Shown here: one piece after another, positions 12,788 through 24,636 of the stretch
Numbering within the stretch: the stretch's first letter is position 1
How the letters are laid out: every line of letters starts with the position of its first letter
Assembly (NCBI GenBank): GCA_030704615.1
Contig: CM060732.1
Coordinates: 35,154,001 to 35,218,000, forward strand
Direction: 5' to 3'
From: Takakia lepidozioides
Taxonomy: Eukaryota; Plantae; Bryophyta
Length of the DNA stretch: 64,000 nucleotides
Position numbers and translations under genes: made by a program
The notes under the pieces: model-generated
The model's database searches: none
Told to the model about the DNA's origin: nothing
The model's input: the letters and a program-made list of their open reading frames with translations, nothing else

Positions 12788-14560
12788 TCATAGTGGCCTG
12801 GTGAATGAAGATGTCGCGCTTGGATCACAAACCATCCTCTTCAAAAATATAAAATACAGATGTTTGCAGGGTATGAATTTGCCTCTCTTTCCCAAACTAG
12901 TTGAAAGTATGCCAACAAAATCCGGATAGGTGCAATTGGGGAAATTCGAAACAGTGATGTCGTATGATTTGTCCTGCAGAGATGTCGATGTCATCATTGT
13001 ATAGACCCAACCATACTCGGGAACTGTAACTTCCGTAACACTAGCTTGAAGCATTCTTGCGGATTTGACCTTGCCGAAGTGTTATGCGGTTGGAGGGAAA
13101 CGTCGAACCAAGTTTCCATTCCGTTTAGTTGGATGTAAATGAGCGTCTACAGGAGGCACTCGAGAACTGCCAAAACTCGAAGCACTTGCACGTACATTGG
13201 GTTGTCATGCAAAGGAGAAGCCTACATCCTCGAGCATTGCAATCTTCTTAGTTGTGAGATCTGTCCTCACCTTCACAAACCAAACGCTTGGTGGAGAAGC
13301 CTTCTTGACTACCGATGGTCGCACAATCCCACGCACGTATCTACCACAGTTGTCAGCGCATAACCATAATTTGTGGTTCATTGCCTCTGCTTTCCCATAT
13401 GGGCGAAACAAACTAGAGAAAGTCGGAGGCAGAGTCCATGCACTAGCTCTGGATATGAATGACGTGCATTGTTCGAATGTGGTGGCCCGGAGCACCGAAC
13501 ATTTCACTTGAGACCCAGCACTGGTGTGATCTATGTACCAAACGTCATCGGGGCACATAGACTCCACCACATTGGGGAGCATGTTTTTCTCCCGGAGTAC
13601 CATTGCATTGACAGTGGGAGATGCAGGGGTTTGGCGTTGTGACGAAGGTTCCTCCGTAGGGGACGTTCCGAAAATTGATCTCTAATGGAAGGAAACAAGC
13701 AGCATGGAGAAGTTGTCCGGTCCCCGTCCGCCCTGTGCGAATCCGCATCTGAACCAGGAGGGGTGTTCAATTTCCGCTTACAAGAGCCAAATCTCTCCTC
13801 GCCTTTCAGATGTGGAACACAAGACATGAGAGGGGTTACATCGGCACACATGCTGACCGCCCCAGCTATCTTGGTCGGATCCTCCGACCTTCTTGCAGCT
13901 CGCAACATCAACTTACTCTTGTCGGGACCCTTGCCACCAACCCCACCCCGCAAGAACTCATGGTATCTGGTTTGTTGTTGTAGAGCACGTGTCAGATCAT
14001 TGGCGCCGCCACATACAAATCTCTTCCTCATTTTCCAGATTGCTGCAACCATGCATTGTGCACTATCCCGCTAGATTGCAAGAAGGCATGTCCGCCATCT
14101 CCTCAATGGACATGTTGATCTGTAGAATGGGTTGGTGCTTGGAGGTCTTTCCCCAGGCTTGAATGGGTTGTCCGTGACACCCTCCCATTCGCTCTGGTTC
14201 TGAACTCCAGGGAGAAGGAAATGCCTGCAATTCAAATTCTCGCACCTCAGGTGCCCATTGCAAACCGTTCTCTTGAATATGAGGTTGTCATGATTTTGAA
14301 TATTGGACGTTTTGTTCTACACCATGGGTATCCATGAGCCTTGCATTCGACTTGAAATAGCTCCAACTCGCCTAGGTGGAGGCAACTCAAAGAGGATATC
14401 CCCATCAAATGTCTCCGGCAGGAACTCAACACGTTCAATATTGAAAGTGTCCCAATCAATTCCCCGTAACCCACTCTTGAAACCGGCTATCCCTCCCATT
14501 GACTTCAGCTTTGGAATGATACTTCAGATGTCTTTAACTTCCATTTCTACAACTAACGGT
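12788..14560 (-). pseudogene. MULE-A transposase remnant (GCM-like N-terminus and SWIM C-terminus; DDE core deleted)
   Basis: Fragmented ORFs 14317-14499, 14063-14263, 13531-14052, 13205-13603 and 12788-13054 align with 26269-29349, for example FLPETFDGDILFELPPP, NMSIEEMADMPSCNLA and ITVSNFPNCT.PDF...PCKHL. Confidence 0.9.
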
Positions 14561-14733
14561 GGATGCACCACTGCACTGTTGCTAGGACATGTTCTTGCAC
14601 AACTGCAAAACCATTGTCATCCGCCTCTTTCGAGAAGAAAGAGAAGAAGGAGATGCATCGGGGAGTGCTCCTAACAAATGACCGAAGGTAATCTGTCTGT
14701 GCTTGTTTGATTTTTGGCTATGGAGAGGTTACG

Positions 14734-15436
14734 AAAACTGAGTGTGTTGACGCACTCAATTTTCAGGGGTGCTATTTTATTCTCCTTTCCGATAATCACG
14801 GACAAAAATAGCTGAACCATCATGTGAGGACTTCTGGAGACAACTCAAGACCTCCAGAAAATTGAGTGCGTCGACGCACACAGTTTCTAAGGGTGCTCTC
14901 ACTCCATTTATCGAAATAGGTCAGCAGACATAACATCATCCACAGAGAGAGGAGATGGAAGATAATACTATTGGAAAGAGCCCCAGAAAATGAGTGCGCC
15001 AATGCACTCAGTTTGTGGGGGTGATTCCACACCATGAACTCTTTGTGTGTATCCATTGTGCACAAAGAGGAACTTGAAGAGAACCCTTCACAGCTGGTGT
15101 CGAGAACCTGAGTGCGTTTACAGAGCTCTTTTTTATGAGTGAAGAAATTGGGTGCGTTGACGCACTCAGTTTAGGCAGGAAAGGAGGGAGAACCAAAGAA
15201 AAAAAAACAGTTTTTTTTTTTTTTTTTTTTTTTTTTTCTCACTTGTGGCCCTCCAAAACTGAGTAGTACACAGTTTCAGAGGGCCACAAGTGCAGCTGTG
15301 GTTCGTTCCCCTTGAGTCATGCATCTGGTTTTGGATGGTAGTTCATGTTTGCTGCCTGTCTGGGCATGCTTACTTCCACTGGGCAAATCAAAACCCTTCA
15401 GAACTGTGTGCGTTGACGCGCTCGGTTTCAGAGGGT
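14734..15436. repeat. Array of about 7 dispersed palindromes AAACTGAGTGCGTTGACGCACTCAGTTT in MULE-A
   Basis: Copies at about 14734, 14857, 14987, 15105 (degenerate), 15145, 15255 (inside a 53-bp hairpin, 15240-15292) and 15401. Confidence 0.85.
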
Positions 15437-16114
15437 GTGATACCTGTTTTTTTTGTCTGTCCTTCCATTGAGATTAGCTTCCGGTGGACAACCAGCATGT
15501 AGCCCAGTGATAATGGACACATACCACGTTGGATGTCGTTGTGGGTTCAAATCACAGTCTAGTGTGTCATGAAGGTGTCCACCTTTCAACTGGAAGGCAG
15601 TAGCCCTTGTGGTGAAGTGACACCATAAGTTACGTTCCTTTCGGGAGGCGTCATAAGTTTTTCTTTTAGCTTCCGGTTTGGGGGGGGGGGATTCCTCTTT
15701 TGCTGTCTGTATGGATATGCCTGTTTGCAGCCAAGAATGGTGGAATGGTGTCAACAGCTTATACTTGACGAAGGGGGACTGTCCGAGACAAATGGTAATC
15801 ATCCACTCCGATAAATGATAGCATTTTTCTCTTGTCTGCTTGATAACAATGTACTCCAAGTAGTTGTTCATTACAGTCTGGATTCACATCATTCTAGAAA
15901 GCTGCATGAGCAAAGTTAACATGCATGCTCAGCCTCATATGTTCAAGGGCACCACATTGATGCGTAACATTGGTTATGGGTCAAACAAGAAGACAAAGCA
16001 TATGTTGCTTAGTGGTTTCGTCAAATTTTTGGTGCACAATGTGAAAGACCTAGAACTCCTCCTCATGCACAATCGGTAGCCAAATTCATCTTCTAATATA
16101 TTGTTACAACTAAT

Positions 16115-16926
16115 TGTCAAGGACGAGAACATGACTGAATACAAACAAGAGATCAAACTAGAGGAACAAGACTAGACAAGAAGTCAAGGTCGGCGTGGCC
16201 GAATGCATGATGAGTAAATATGGATTAAGACGATCTTTATAACAATGAACAAGAGTACTAGATATTGGAACGTGACTTGAATACTAGAATGCTAGAAACT
16301 GGACTGGAGTACCAGATACTGTTAAGGACGAGAACATGACTAAACACAAACAAGAGATTAGACTAGATGTACAAGACTAGACAAGAAGGCAAGGTCGGCG
16401 TGGCCGTATGCACGATGAATAAATAGGAATCAAGACGATCTTTATAACAATGAACAAGAGTACAAGATATTGGAACACGACTTGAATACTGGAAACTGGA
16501 CTGGAGTACCAGATACTGGAAATTGGGCTAGAATACTGGGAACTGGACTGGAGTACTGGGAACGGGAAACAAGAGTAGCTTGAACTGGTGTTGGCGAGTC
16601 TGAAGAGTGTCCAGTCTTGCCTCCTCTATATATACTGGCTACTAAGAAGTTCCCTAAGAAGCTTCCCCTATAAAGATTTCTTGATGGAGAAGTTTCCAAG
16701 ATTAAACAAAGGTTTCTTGATGGAGAAGCTTTGTTTAACAAAAGAGGTATCTTGATGGAGAATTTTCTTCCAAAGGAAGCTTCCTGAGCAGTTTCCCAAG
16801 TTACTCTTGGTAATTTGGTAAACTAATGATAAATCACGGTAAGTCATGATAACTTCCGGTAACTTGGTAACTTGGTAACTTCTGGTATTTACTCCTGGTG
16901 AGTTTCTCTGGGCTATGTCCGTGACA
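16115..16926 (-). repeat. 3' LTR with a 205-bp terminal tandem duplication (16115-16319)
   Basis: tgt(c/t)aaggacgagaacatgac begins at both 16115 and 16320. The LTR ends ...tatgtccgtgaca and matches 32905-33543. Confidence 0.9.
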
Positions 16927-17531
16927 TCACCCCCATCTTCTAGCGCCGAGTTCCTCGAGGAACGGTAAAATCTTGGACTTGCTTAAAGTTGGAGAAAATC
17001 CAAAATCTGGCGAATGATACTTGCCAAGTATTCGGCTCTTCGTTCTTGACTCAAATGATTTATAGGTCCTTGCAACCATCGATAGTGTCCAACACCTTGA
17101 ACTTGGGGACCACGCAGTGATTTGAGCATTCTGATTTTCGAAGCTCCCATCAAACATGATTTCGTTGCCCTCTGGGTCCGAAGGCTCAACCTCCAACAGA
17201 ATTATCAGACTTTGAATAGGTTCCACTTGCCGTTGTACGAGGTCCAGACGAGGAAGTACGCGTCGCATTGGTGGCCTATCGTCTCGAGAGCGTCGGCGTG
17301 ATGTTGAAGGTCGTGAGAGTCCGAACGGCTGATCTGGTAGTTGGGTAAGCGACAACTCCAATGTATCTGGTTCCTGTGACTCTATGCTGTCAATACAAGA
17401 TGCAAGAGTGCTGGAAGTGTAGCTATATATACTGATGTGTGGTGCTCCTCCCTCCTTAGCGTGTATCAGGTATATTGAATGTGGAGTCTTCACCTTGAAG
17501 CTAACTTGGCTGACATCATGGTTGTAACGTC

Positions 17532-18552
17532 TTATTGACGTGTAGCTCGGGGCTTAGCTGAATATCGTTGATGAAACTCTTGGACTTTGTCAGATGCATT
17601 GGCGAGGTTGGATGGAGGTTCCCACGTTCGTTTGCTGATGTCGTAGCATTTCCAATATACAAAATACTCAAGACGTTTATACTTGATGCGAGAGTCTAGG
17701 ACTTCGTCGACTTCATACTCAATTTCCTGATTGACTTCGATTGGTGGAGGTGGTACATAGACTCTCCTTGGAATATTCAATGGATAATACAACTCCAACA
17801 ATGAAACATGAAAGACTGGATGGATGCGCATACTTCGTGGGAGTTCAAGCCAAAAACTGACCGGATTTATTTGTCGAATAATTTTTAATGTTCCCAGACG
17901 TTAATAATCAAACTTCCTTGATGGTCGCGAGGTTTGCATGTCCCGTCGAAGAAGTCACACACGATCTCCGACCTTGAACTGGGGTTGGAGTTGACGACAT
18001 TGACATGCATACTCATTGTATTGTTTTTTAGCTTCTTCGAGGTGGAATGTAAGCTCCTTGTGAATCGTAACAAGATGAGTAGCAAGGTTTTCTGAAGCAG
18101 GGCTTCCAACAGTTTTCATGTGGAAAGGGTTTGTTCGAGGATGATGACCATAATTGAAAAAAAATGGAGTTTGCTTGGTCGAAGAATGTATAGTGTTGTT
18201 GTAGGCAAACTCAGCCAATGACAGAAGGTCCGTCCAATTATCTTGGTGATAATTTATCGTACAGAGAAGATGCTCAAAATCTGGTTTACACGTTCGGTTT
18301 GACCATCAGTCTGTGGATGATTAGCTGTAGAGAGGTTGATCTTAGTATCCAATATGTGAAATAATCCCCTCCAAAAATTTGATATGAACTGTGGTCCTCG
18401 ATCATATACGATGTCCTCCGGGAGTCCATGAATGCGATATATATTATTGAGGAAGAGTCTTGCAGTTTCCTCGCCGGTAACCGTCTTATTACATGGAATG
18501 AAATGTGTCATCTTCGTAAAACGATCTACAATAACAAGGATTGAATCGGTGG
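17532..18552 (-). pseudogene. Chromovirus integrase core/C-terminus and chromodomain (frameshifted)
   Basis: [66 protein letters not shown]...YFVYWKCY...TWEP. Confidence 0.92.
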
Positions 18553-21500
18553 TCTTGGAAACAGGGATGCCTCGGCGTGAGCCTGGTCACGTGAGCGCGT
18601 GAGCGCTCACGCCACGTCACCTTGCGCAAATGCCACGTCACGGGGCTCACTCCACGTCATCACACGTGAAGGCCGCGTCACCACGCGCCCAGAAAGAAGT
18701 GGAGTGTATTCCCGCGGATTGGCACCCTTTACCGCGGAAACAAGCTGGACGACATAATAAAAGGCATTAAATAAAGGATGGATGAATGTACAGTTGGATG
18801 ATAAACAGATGGATGAGTGTGAAAAATGAATGTAGATGGATGAATGAGGGATGGATAAGAGTAAAATGGATGAATGTATAATGGATGTTGAGCAATGACA
18901 AAAATTCATGACAGGAAGATGCATGACCAAATCTTTTGACGAATGCACCTCGTATATGAAATGAGTGTGGAAGGTTTGTGGGGTGGATTAAAGAATACAG
19001 AGGATGAATGTACAATGGATGTTGTACAAAAAAATTCATGAATGGAGCACGCATAAGTACAGTGTAGATGAATGCACAATGGATATGAGAAGAGTCAGGG
19101 AGGTTTGTGAGATGGATTCATACATATTGCAATTTAAACGAAAGTTGATTCTGTGATTATTATTTGTTCTAAAGGAACAACTACGGTGGAGGAAGGGGAT
19201 TCAACGTTTTCCAGATAATATGAAAATGAATATTAAAAGAATACAGTTCAGTCTGACTCAGAGTCAGTACAATGTATCCCCGCTTCCTCTGCATCTAAGT
19301 CTAAGTATTTTAGAACACCGGATCCACGCTGGATACACCTACGGCTGGCCACTAAAAAGTCAAGGGATAGGGACTCGGCCGCGTGAAGTGCCATTGCCTC
19401 GGCATAAACAGGAAGAAGAAAATTGGAAAGGGGGCTGTCGAAAACACACTCGCCAGAAATGACTGTATTTCCTGAAGATCCACCGCTGCCTTTCCTGAAA
19501 GATAGCCTGAAAAAGTTATTACTGTAACTTTGATGTTATCGAGAAATTGAGTATGACTCCAAAGAGGGTTTAGCACTTACTCACATGAAAAGTCGTTGTC
19601 GACCTGCTTATCTTCGGGATCGTCATCATTTCGAATTTGAATCCGATCAGTCTGTGTGCCTGAAGTGGAGCCAGACAAAAGGGGGAGGAGCACTGTGTTG
19701 TAGAGGTCAGAATCACCCTCCATGCCAAAAAGTCTTCTCCCTACCTTGCATGCGTGGTAAGTTGCTCCTGCACCAGACAGGAGAACATGAACAGTTTGGA
19801 GGGGGGATTTAAGCAGATGAAACTGTTGAAAGGAAACCAATTCGGAAGGGAAAAAAACGAACCTGTGGACACAGAAAGATCGACCACCCGTGCAGAGCGG
19901 TGGGCTGCATGACTCCAGCAGTATTTGCATGAACGCTGGTGACTTTTCCTTTGCACCTCTCCAGGGAATGCCATCTGGTCTCTTCAGAGTCTGATTGGAC
20001 TGCATGAAGTTGTACAAAATGTCATCGACATGGGGCTCATAGGGGGGTTGACGAAACAACCCTGGTCAGAAATCTCAAAGCTGCGAATGGAGGATGGTGT
20101 CTTTGATGTGCGAATCCTCCGCAGGCAGATCACCTCGAACATCCTCGTCTGGCAAAGATAGCAAGTTAGTGTGGTAAACACAATCTATAGTGGAAGTGTG
20201 TACATCGACTATTCAGACTCTGACACAAAAAATCATGAATCGGTGATGATCGGTGTCGATCATAACACATTCTACTAGAGTGGAGCTGCAGAGAAAATTG
20301 AAACTCATGATCAAAGCACAAGCAGAAGGGAGACGCATACCGGCTGACCAGGGAAACCCCTTTCACAAAGGTAGAGGCTGTTCACACAATTCCATGTGCG
20401 CAAAACTTCAAACCTGAAGACTTAAGGTATGATGCCAATGCCCGACGACTATCATTGTCACATGACTGAAAAAGCAAAGTGTCCCTGCATCAGAGAGGAA
20501 GTTGTTACAGAACCCGAACACCCAACTCCAGTAGTTGTCCTCGAATTTGTTCCAGCCTGGCGTCTTGCCCTTGGAAGAACTTCTGCATAGCCTGGCCATC
20601 CGGGATGTCGAGAAATGACAATGTCGGCCGCATAAGTTTCTGCACACCGCACACGAAGGTGGGACCTGTGCTCACTGCAACAGACATGTTTTTTATAAGA
20701 ACGATGGCAAGATTGTTTTCAAAGAACGAGACTGAAATACTGCCAACGAAACTTTCAGAGAAAATGAAAGAAACTGGAATTCTCACAGATTGAGGAATGA
20801 GATTATATTGTCCAGGTAGGGGATGGCACCAGTGTATCCTCTCTTTCGACTCTGCATCATCGAAAGCCAACCCTCATTAACAATTTTCATCTCTCCTGCG
20901 AATCAGAACGGGAAGGGTGTGGCTTGGCATCGAACACGCACTGAAGAGTGCGGGTATATCTTCAGCAGTAAAGTCCTGCCCACTCTCCATCTCTTTTCAT
21001 TCTCCTTCCCCTTGTCATTTTCCTTCTTTTGGACTTGTCTTTGTCCTTTGGCTTTGCTGGTGAGATGGCTATGACATCAACAGCCTTGTCTTTTGGTTTG
21101 CGGCCCGCCTTCTTTCCCTTCTGCGGCGTTCCCTGAGCATCAGGCTCCTTGGCAGCCAATGTTGTTATGTTTCGTTGATACTCTTCGTCAGTCAAAGGCG
21201 CCAGCATCTCAGCGTTATTGTTCAAGTATTTCATATGCTGTTCTTGAAAGGTCGTGTGCTCAGGTGGGCAGTCAAGGTACCACCCACAGTCTCTGAAGTG
21301 AGAAGGACTCCAGTCCTTCAATATCCCTGCAGTATACATGGTTGGATCGTTTGCAGGGTCCGACCACATGTCAAGATAGTCGGGAATTCCGCTCAGGTGA
21401 TTTCCTTCCATAAGCACATATTTCGTGTACCTGAAAAAAGGAGATAAATCCCAACCCACAAAAGCGCTCAGTGAGTAAGATGCAAGTAGAACAGAATGAA

Positions 21501-21570
21501 AAAAAATAGATTGAAATGGCTCTGAGAACTGCTCCAAGGACCTTTCAGGACCACACTACTGCTCCAGATA

Positions 21571-22289
21571 TGAATGTCGTCAACGCCATTCAGAACATTC
21601 CATTCAATGATACTGTAAATACACCCAATCCAGGTGAATGCAAATTATCGTTTAGGAATGACACAGACATAGAAGTGAATGTCGTCAACGACATTCACTA
21701 ATGAAGCCAAATTATTACTTAAATGAAGCAAAATCACAGGATGGAAATCAAAAAATCGAGTAAGGAACCCTCCAGGAAAACTCAATGCACATTCATAACG
21801 AACATATCACTGAGGACCTCACAACATCACTGTATGTGAATGGCGTCAACGCCATTCACAAAAATACCAAAAAGAAACCAATTACTTAGCTCCCAATCCA
21901 TGTAAATTCAATTTGTCGCTGTTGAATAATACAGACACACAGTGAATGTCGTCAACGACATTCACTTTGGATTTCTCATAACAGAGCTTATCAAGCCTCC
22001 AGATTCCTCGCAAGAGGCAAAAACAATCAGAACAACTGAATGTCTGCATTGACATTCAGCAAAATGAAGTGAGGAACCCTCACTGTAACCTCTATGGACA
22101 TTACAAAAATTTACATAACTCTGAGGACCTCTCAACAACTCCGTATGTGAATGTCGTCAACGCCATTCAAGGACATTATCAATTCTAATCAGGGACAATA
22201 TAATTGCACCTTAGATCCTAACCAGGTGAATTCATATACTCGCTTAAGAATGACTCAGACAAAGAAGTGAATGTCGTCAACGACATTCA
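21571..22289. repeat. Intronic cluster of 7 palindromes GTGAATG(T/G)CGTCAACG(A/C)CATTCAC
   Basis: Copies at 21571, 21675, 21836, 21942, 22036, 22147 and 22267, spaced 94-161 bp apart and embedded in a higher-order repeat of about 270-310 bp. Confidence 0.92.
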
Positions 22290-24134
22290 ATCTGGATCTA
22301 TGATTGCAATCCTTATGAAGCCACATTTTTCCCAAAAAAAGCAGTAGAGTTTCAAGTATGACATTGCACCTGTACACAACTCGCATCATGGCCCACTCTC
22401 CTCCAACCTGACTGTCAAAGTCGTTGGACCGTAAAATGTTACCATCTTTGGAGAACTCCCGGAAAAAACAGTATCTCCAGGTGAGACCTCTCCACTTCCT
22501 TATGTATGCCTCCAATGACATTTGGGGAGGGGAAACAATCGAAATGTTCAGGTCCTTCAAAGTCTGATCCAGCACAATGACGGCGCGCTTTTCGAGCTGC
22601 AAATAGTATATTTGTCAGAATTGCAAAAAAGATACTCATCACATACTTGAAGAGAAGAAAACAGCATGTTCGAATACACACCTGACTCCAAAATGTAGCC
22701 TTGTGGAGCCAGTTATCAAACACCAAATCACTGATTCCTTCCACCTTTGTGCCAGGCTGTATGGTGCTCTTTGGGAACTGATTCAAGTCCTTTACTGTTT
22801 GATCTGAGTTCCATATCTCCAGCCACCTTATTTTTATTTGTGGGTCGACCATCGATATGGCCAGCCGGTGCAATTTCTCCTGCTGCATCTCCGGATGCAC
22901 ATGCTTGTCATAAGTCCATGATCTATTATTCTAAGCTGCTTTCCGAAGGCTGACATCAATTTGGTTCTTCGCATTTCAAACTCCTTCTTTATTGCAGCTT
23001 CCACACCCTTTGATGTCCTTAGTTCTTCTGGTGTAGTGCGGTAATATTCGGATTTTCCCTTCTCAGCTGCCTCTGCCAGTTCTTGCTGCATTCATTCAAG
23101 TAGTGATTAGCTCCGAAGGGACTACAAACATGTATTCGAAAAGTAAACAGAGTACAGACTCGGGCTTACCGCATACATGTACTCCAGAAACGCCTCTCGT
23201 GTCAAAGAATACCAAGTGCCTGCAGCTCTTCCTGTTTCGCACTTCTTGATGATATTGGGTGGTAGTACTGTCCGAAAATCATCTAGCTTCATCAGACCAA
23301 TCCTCTGAATTCGGAATAGTGTGTGAACCAAGCTTGTTGTCACATGCGATTTCTCATGCGATTTCTCTGTCGATCTGCAAAAACATTGGAAACATTGCAT
23401 TCCTTAACACTGTTTTTTGAGGATTAATAAGACACTACAGAGGGAATGAAATCTCCTGGATGACTTACTTGTTCACGTCGTGCATAGCTGTAAGAAGCCT
23501 AGCGATGTCGTTTCCAGGATCCAAAACCATTGCCTCCACAGCAACATGCTTGTCTTTGTCTTTCGAATGGTGTTTCTGAATGTATCCCATCCATGCCAGC
23601 AATCGGTGGTTGCCGTCCCAGACGTAGAACATGTGGTTGCAGAATTGCTGGGTGTTCTTTCCCATCATGAGGCCCAGCTCGAACTCCTCATTGGCATCTT
23701 TCCAGCACTCATCCCAGTTATCACTGATCTCTGGAGACACTAATGTGCTTTTCCCATTTATATCCGTCAGTGACACATAAAAAACTTGTGCACCAAGTCT
23801 ATATCCATGCACAAAATCACTCTCCAATTTTGTTATGTCATGGGAAAGAGGTGGACGCACAACATGCATTGATATCATCCGGCACAGAGGTATGTCCAGA
23901 CGCCCTCCAGATACGAGCATGTCCCTTATAACCTCCTGAGAGTTTACCTTCTGGAATGACATGAGTTCTTTCACCTTGTCAAGGTAGTGCACTTCGGATT
24001 CATCTGCTTCATCTGTATTCTCTGAGCTTTTTGCGGACTCGTCCCCATCTCCAGATCTTTTCCCCTCTGATCCTGTAGGCTTCGACCTCACAGTTTTCTG
24101 CACGATGCCATTCTGACTGAGTGATTTGCAAATA

Positions 24135-24636
24135 GTGAATGGCGGTAACGACCATCACTCTGTCTCAAAGAAACTCACCATGAATGGTGTGAAAGAATTC
24201 AGCACAATCTACACAAGAAAAGCTGAGATTGCCGTATTCAAAACAAAAGCGAGAGCGATAGCGAACGGCGTTAACGACAATCACAAAAGATAACGACCTG
24301 CCGGATCGGTGTTGTGTAATGACATACATGTGCAACTGATTGGCGGCAACGACATTCAGTGTAGTTTAGGGCGGATAGTAAGTGCAGACTCTCTCTTCAA
24401 ACACGTAGGTACATAAATCTCATAAGGAGAATCGAATGGCGTTAACGACACTCGCAATTCAGTAGTTCCTGCTAAAGAAGGGAAGGGGAAGGACTCCTTG
24501 AAAGGCAATCAGACAGACTGTATGATCTGAACACTAGTGAATGACTGTACCGATAGTCACCAACTCATTGTGCTGTAAACCCTTCGCAGAGGAGTAGAAA
24601 GCAATCACCTTTGTGATTGTCGGTAGCGACAATCCC
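24135..24636. repeat. Intronic cluster of 6 more diverged copies of the same 24-bp palindrome
   Basis: Copies at 24135, 24261, 24336, 24433, 24537 and 24613, all within intron 1 (24705-24113) of the cargo gene. Confidence 0.85.

Noticed and set aside
15440-16114. Remnant of the ParB/MTase cargo gene in MULE-A (together with 33549-33760)
   Set aside because: The position fits and splice-like sites exist, but I could not see convincing protein similarity to the cargo of B by eye.
18767-19130. His/Ile-rich ORFs
   Set aside because: Translation of a GGATGAATG low-complexity tract, mirrored at about 33980-34100 in MULE-A; non-coding.
21571-22289. CRISPR-like array (24-bp palindromic repeats with spacers)
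   Set aside because: Spacers are 70-140 bp, uneven and partly homologous to each other (a higher-order repeat). The array is intronic in a eukaryotic TE and there are no cas genes.
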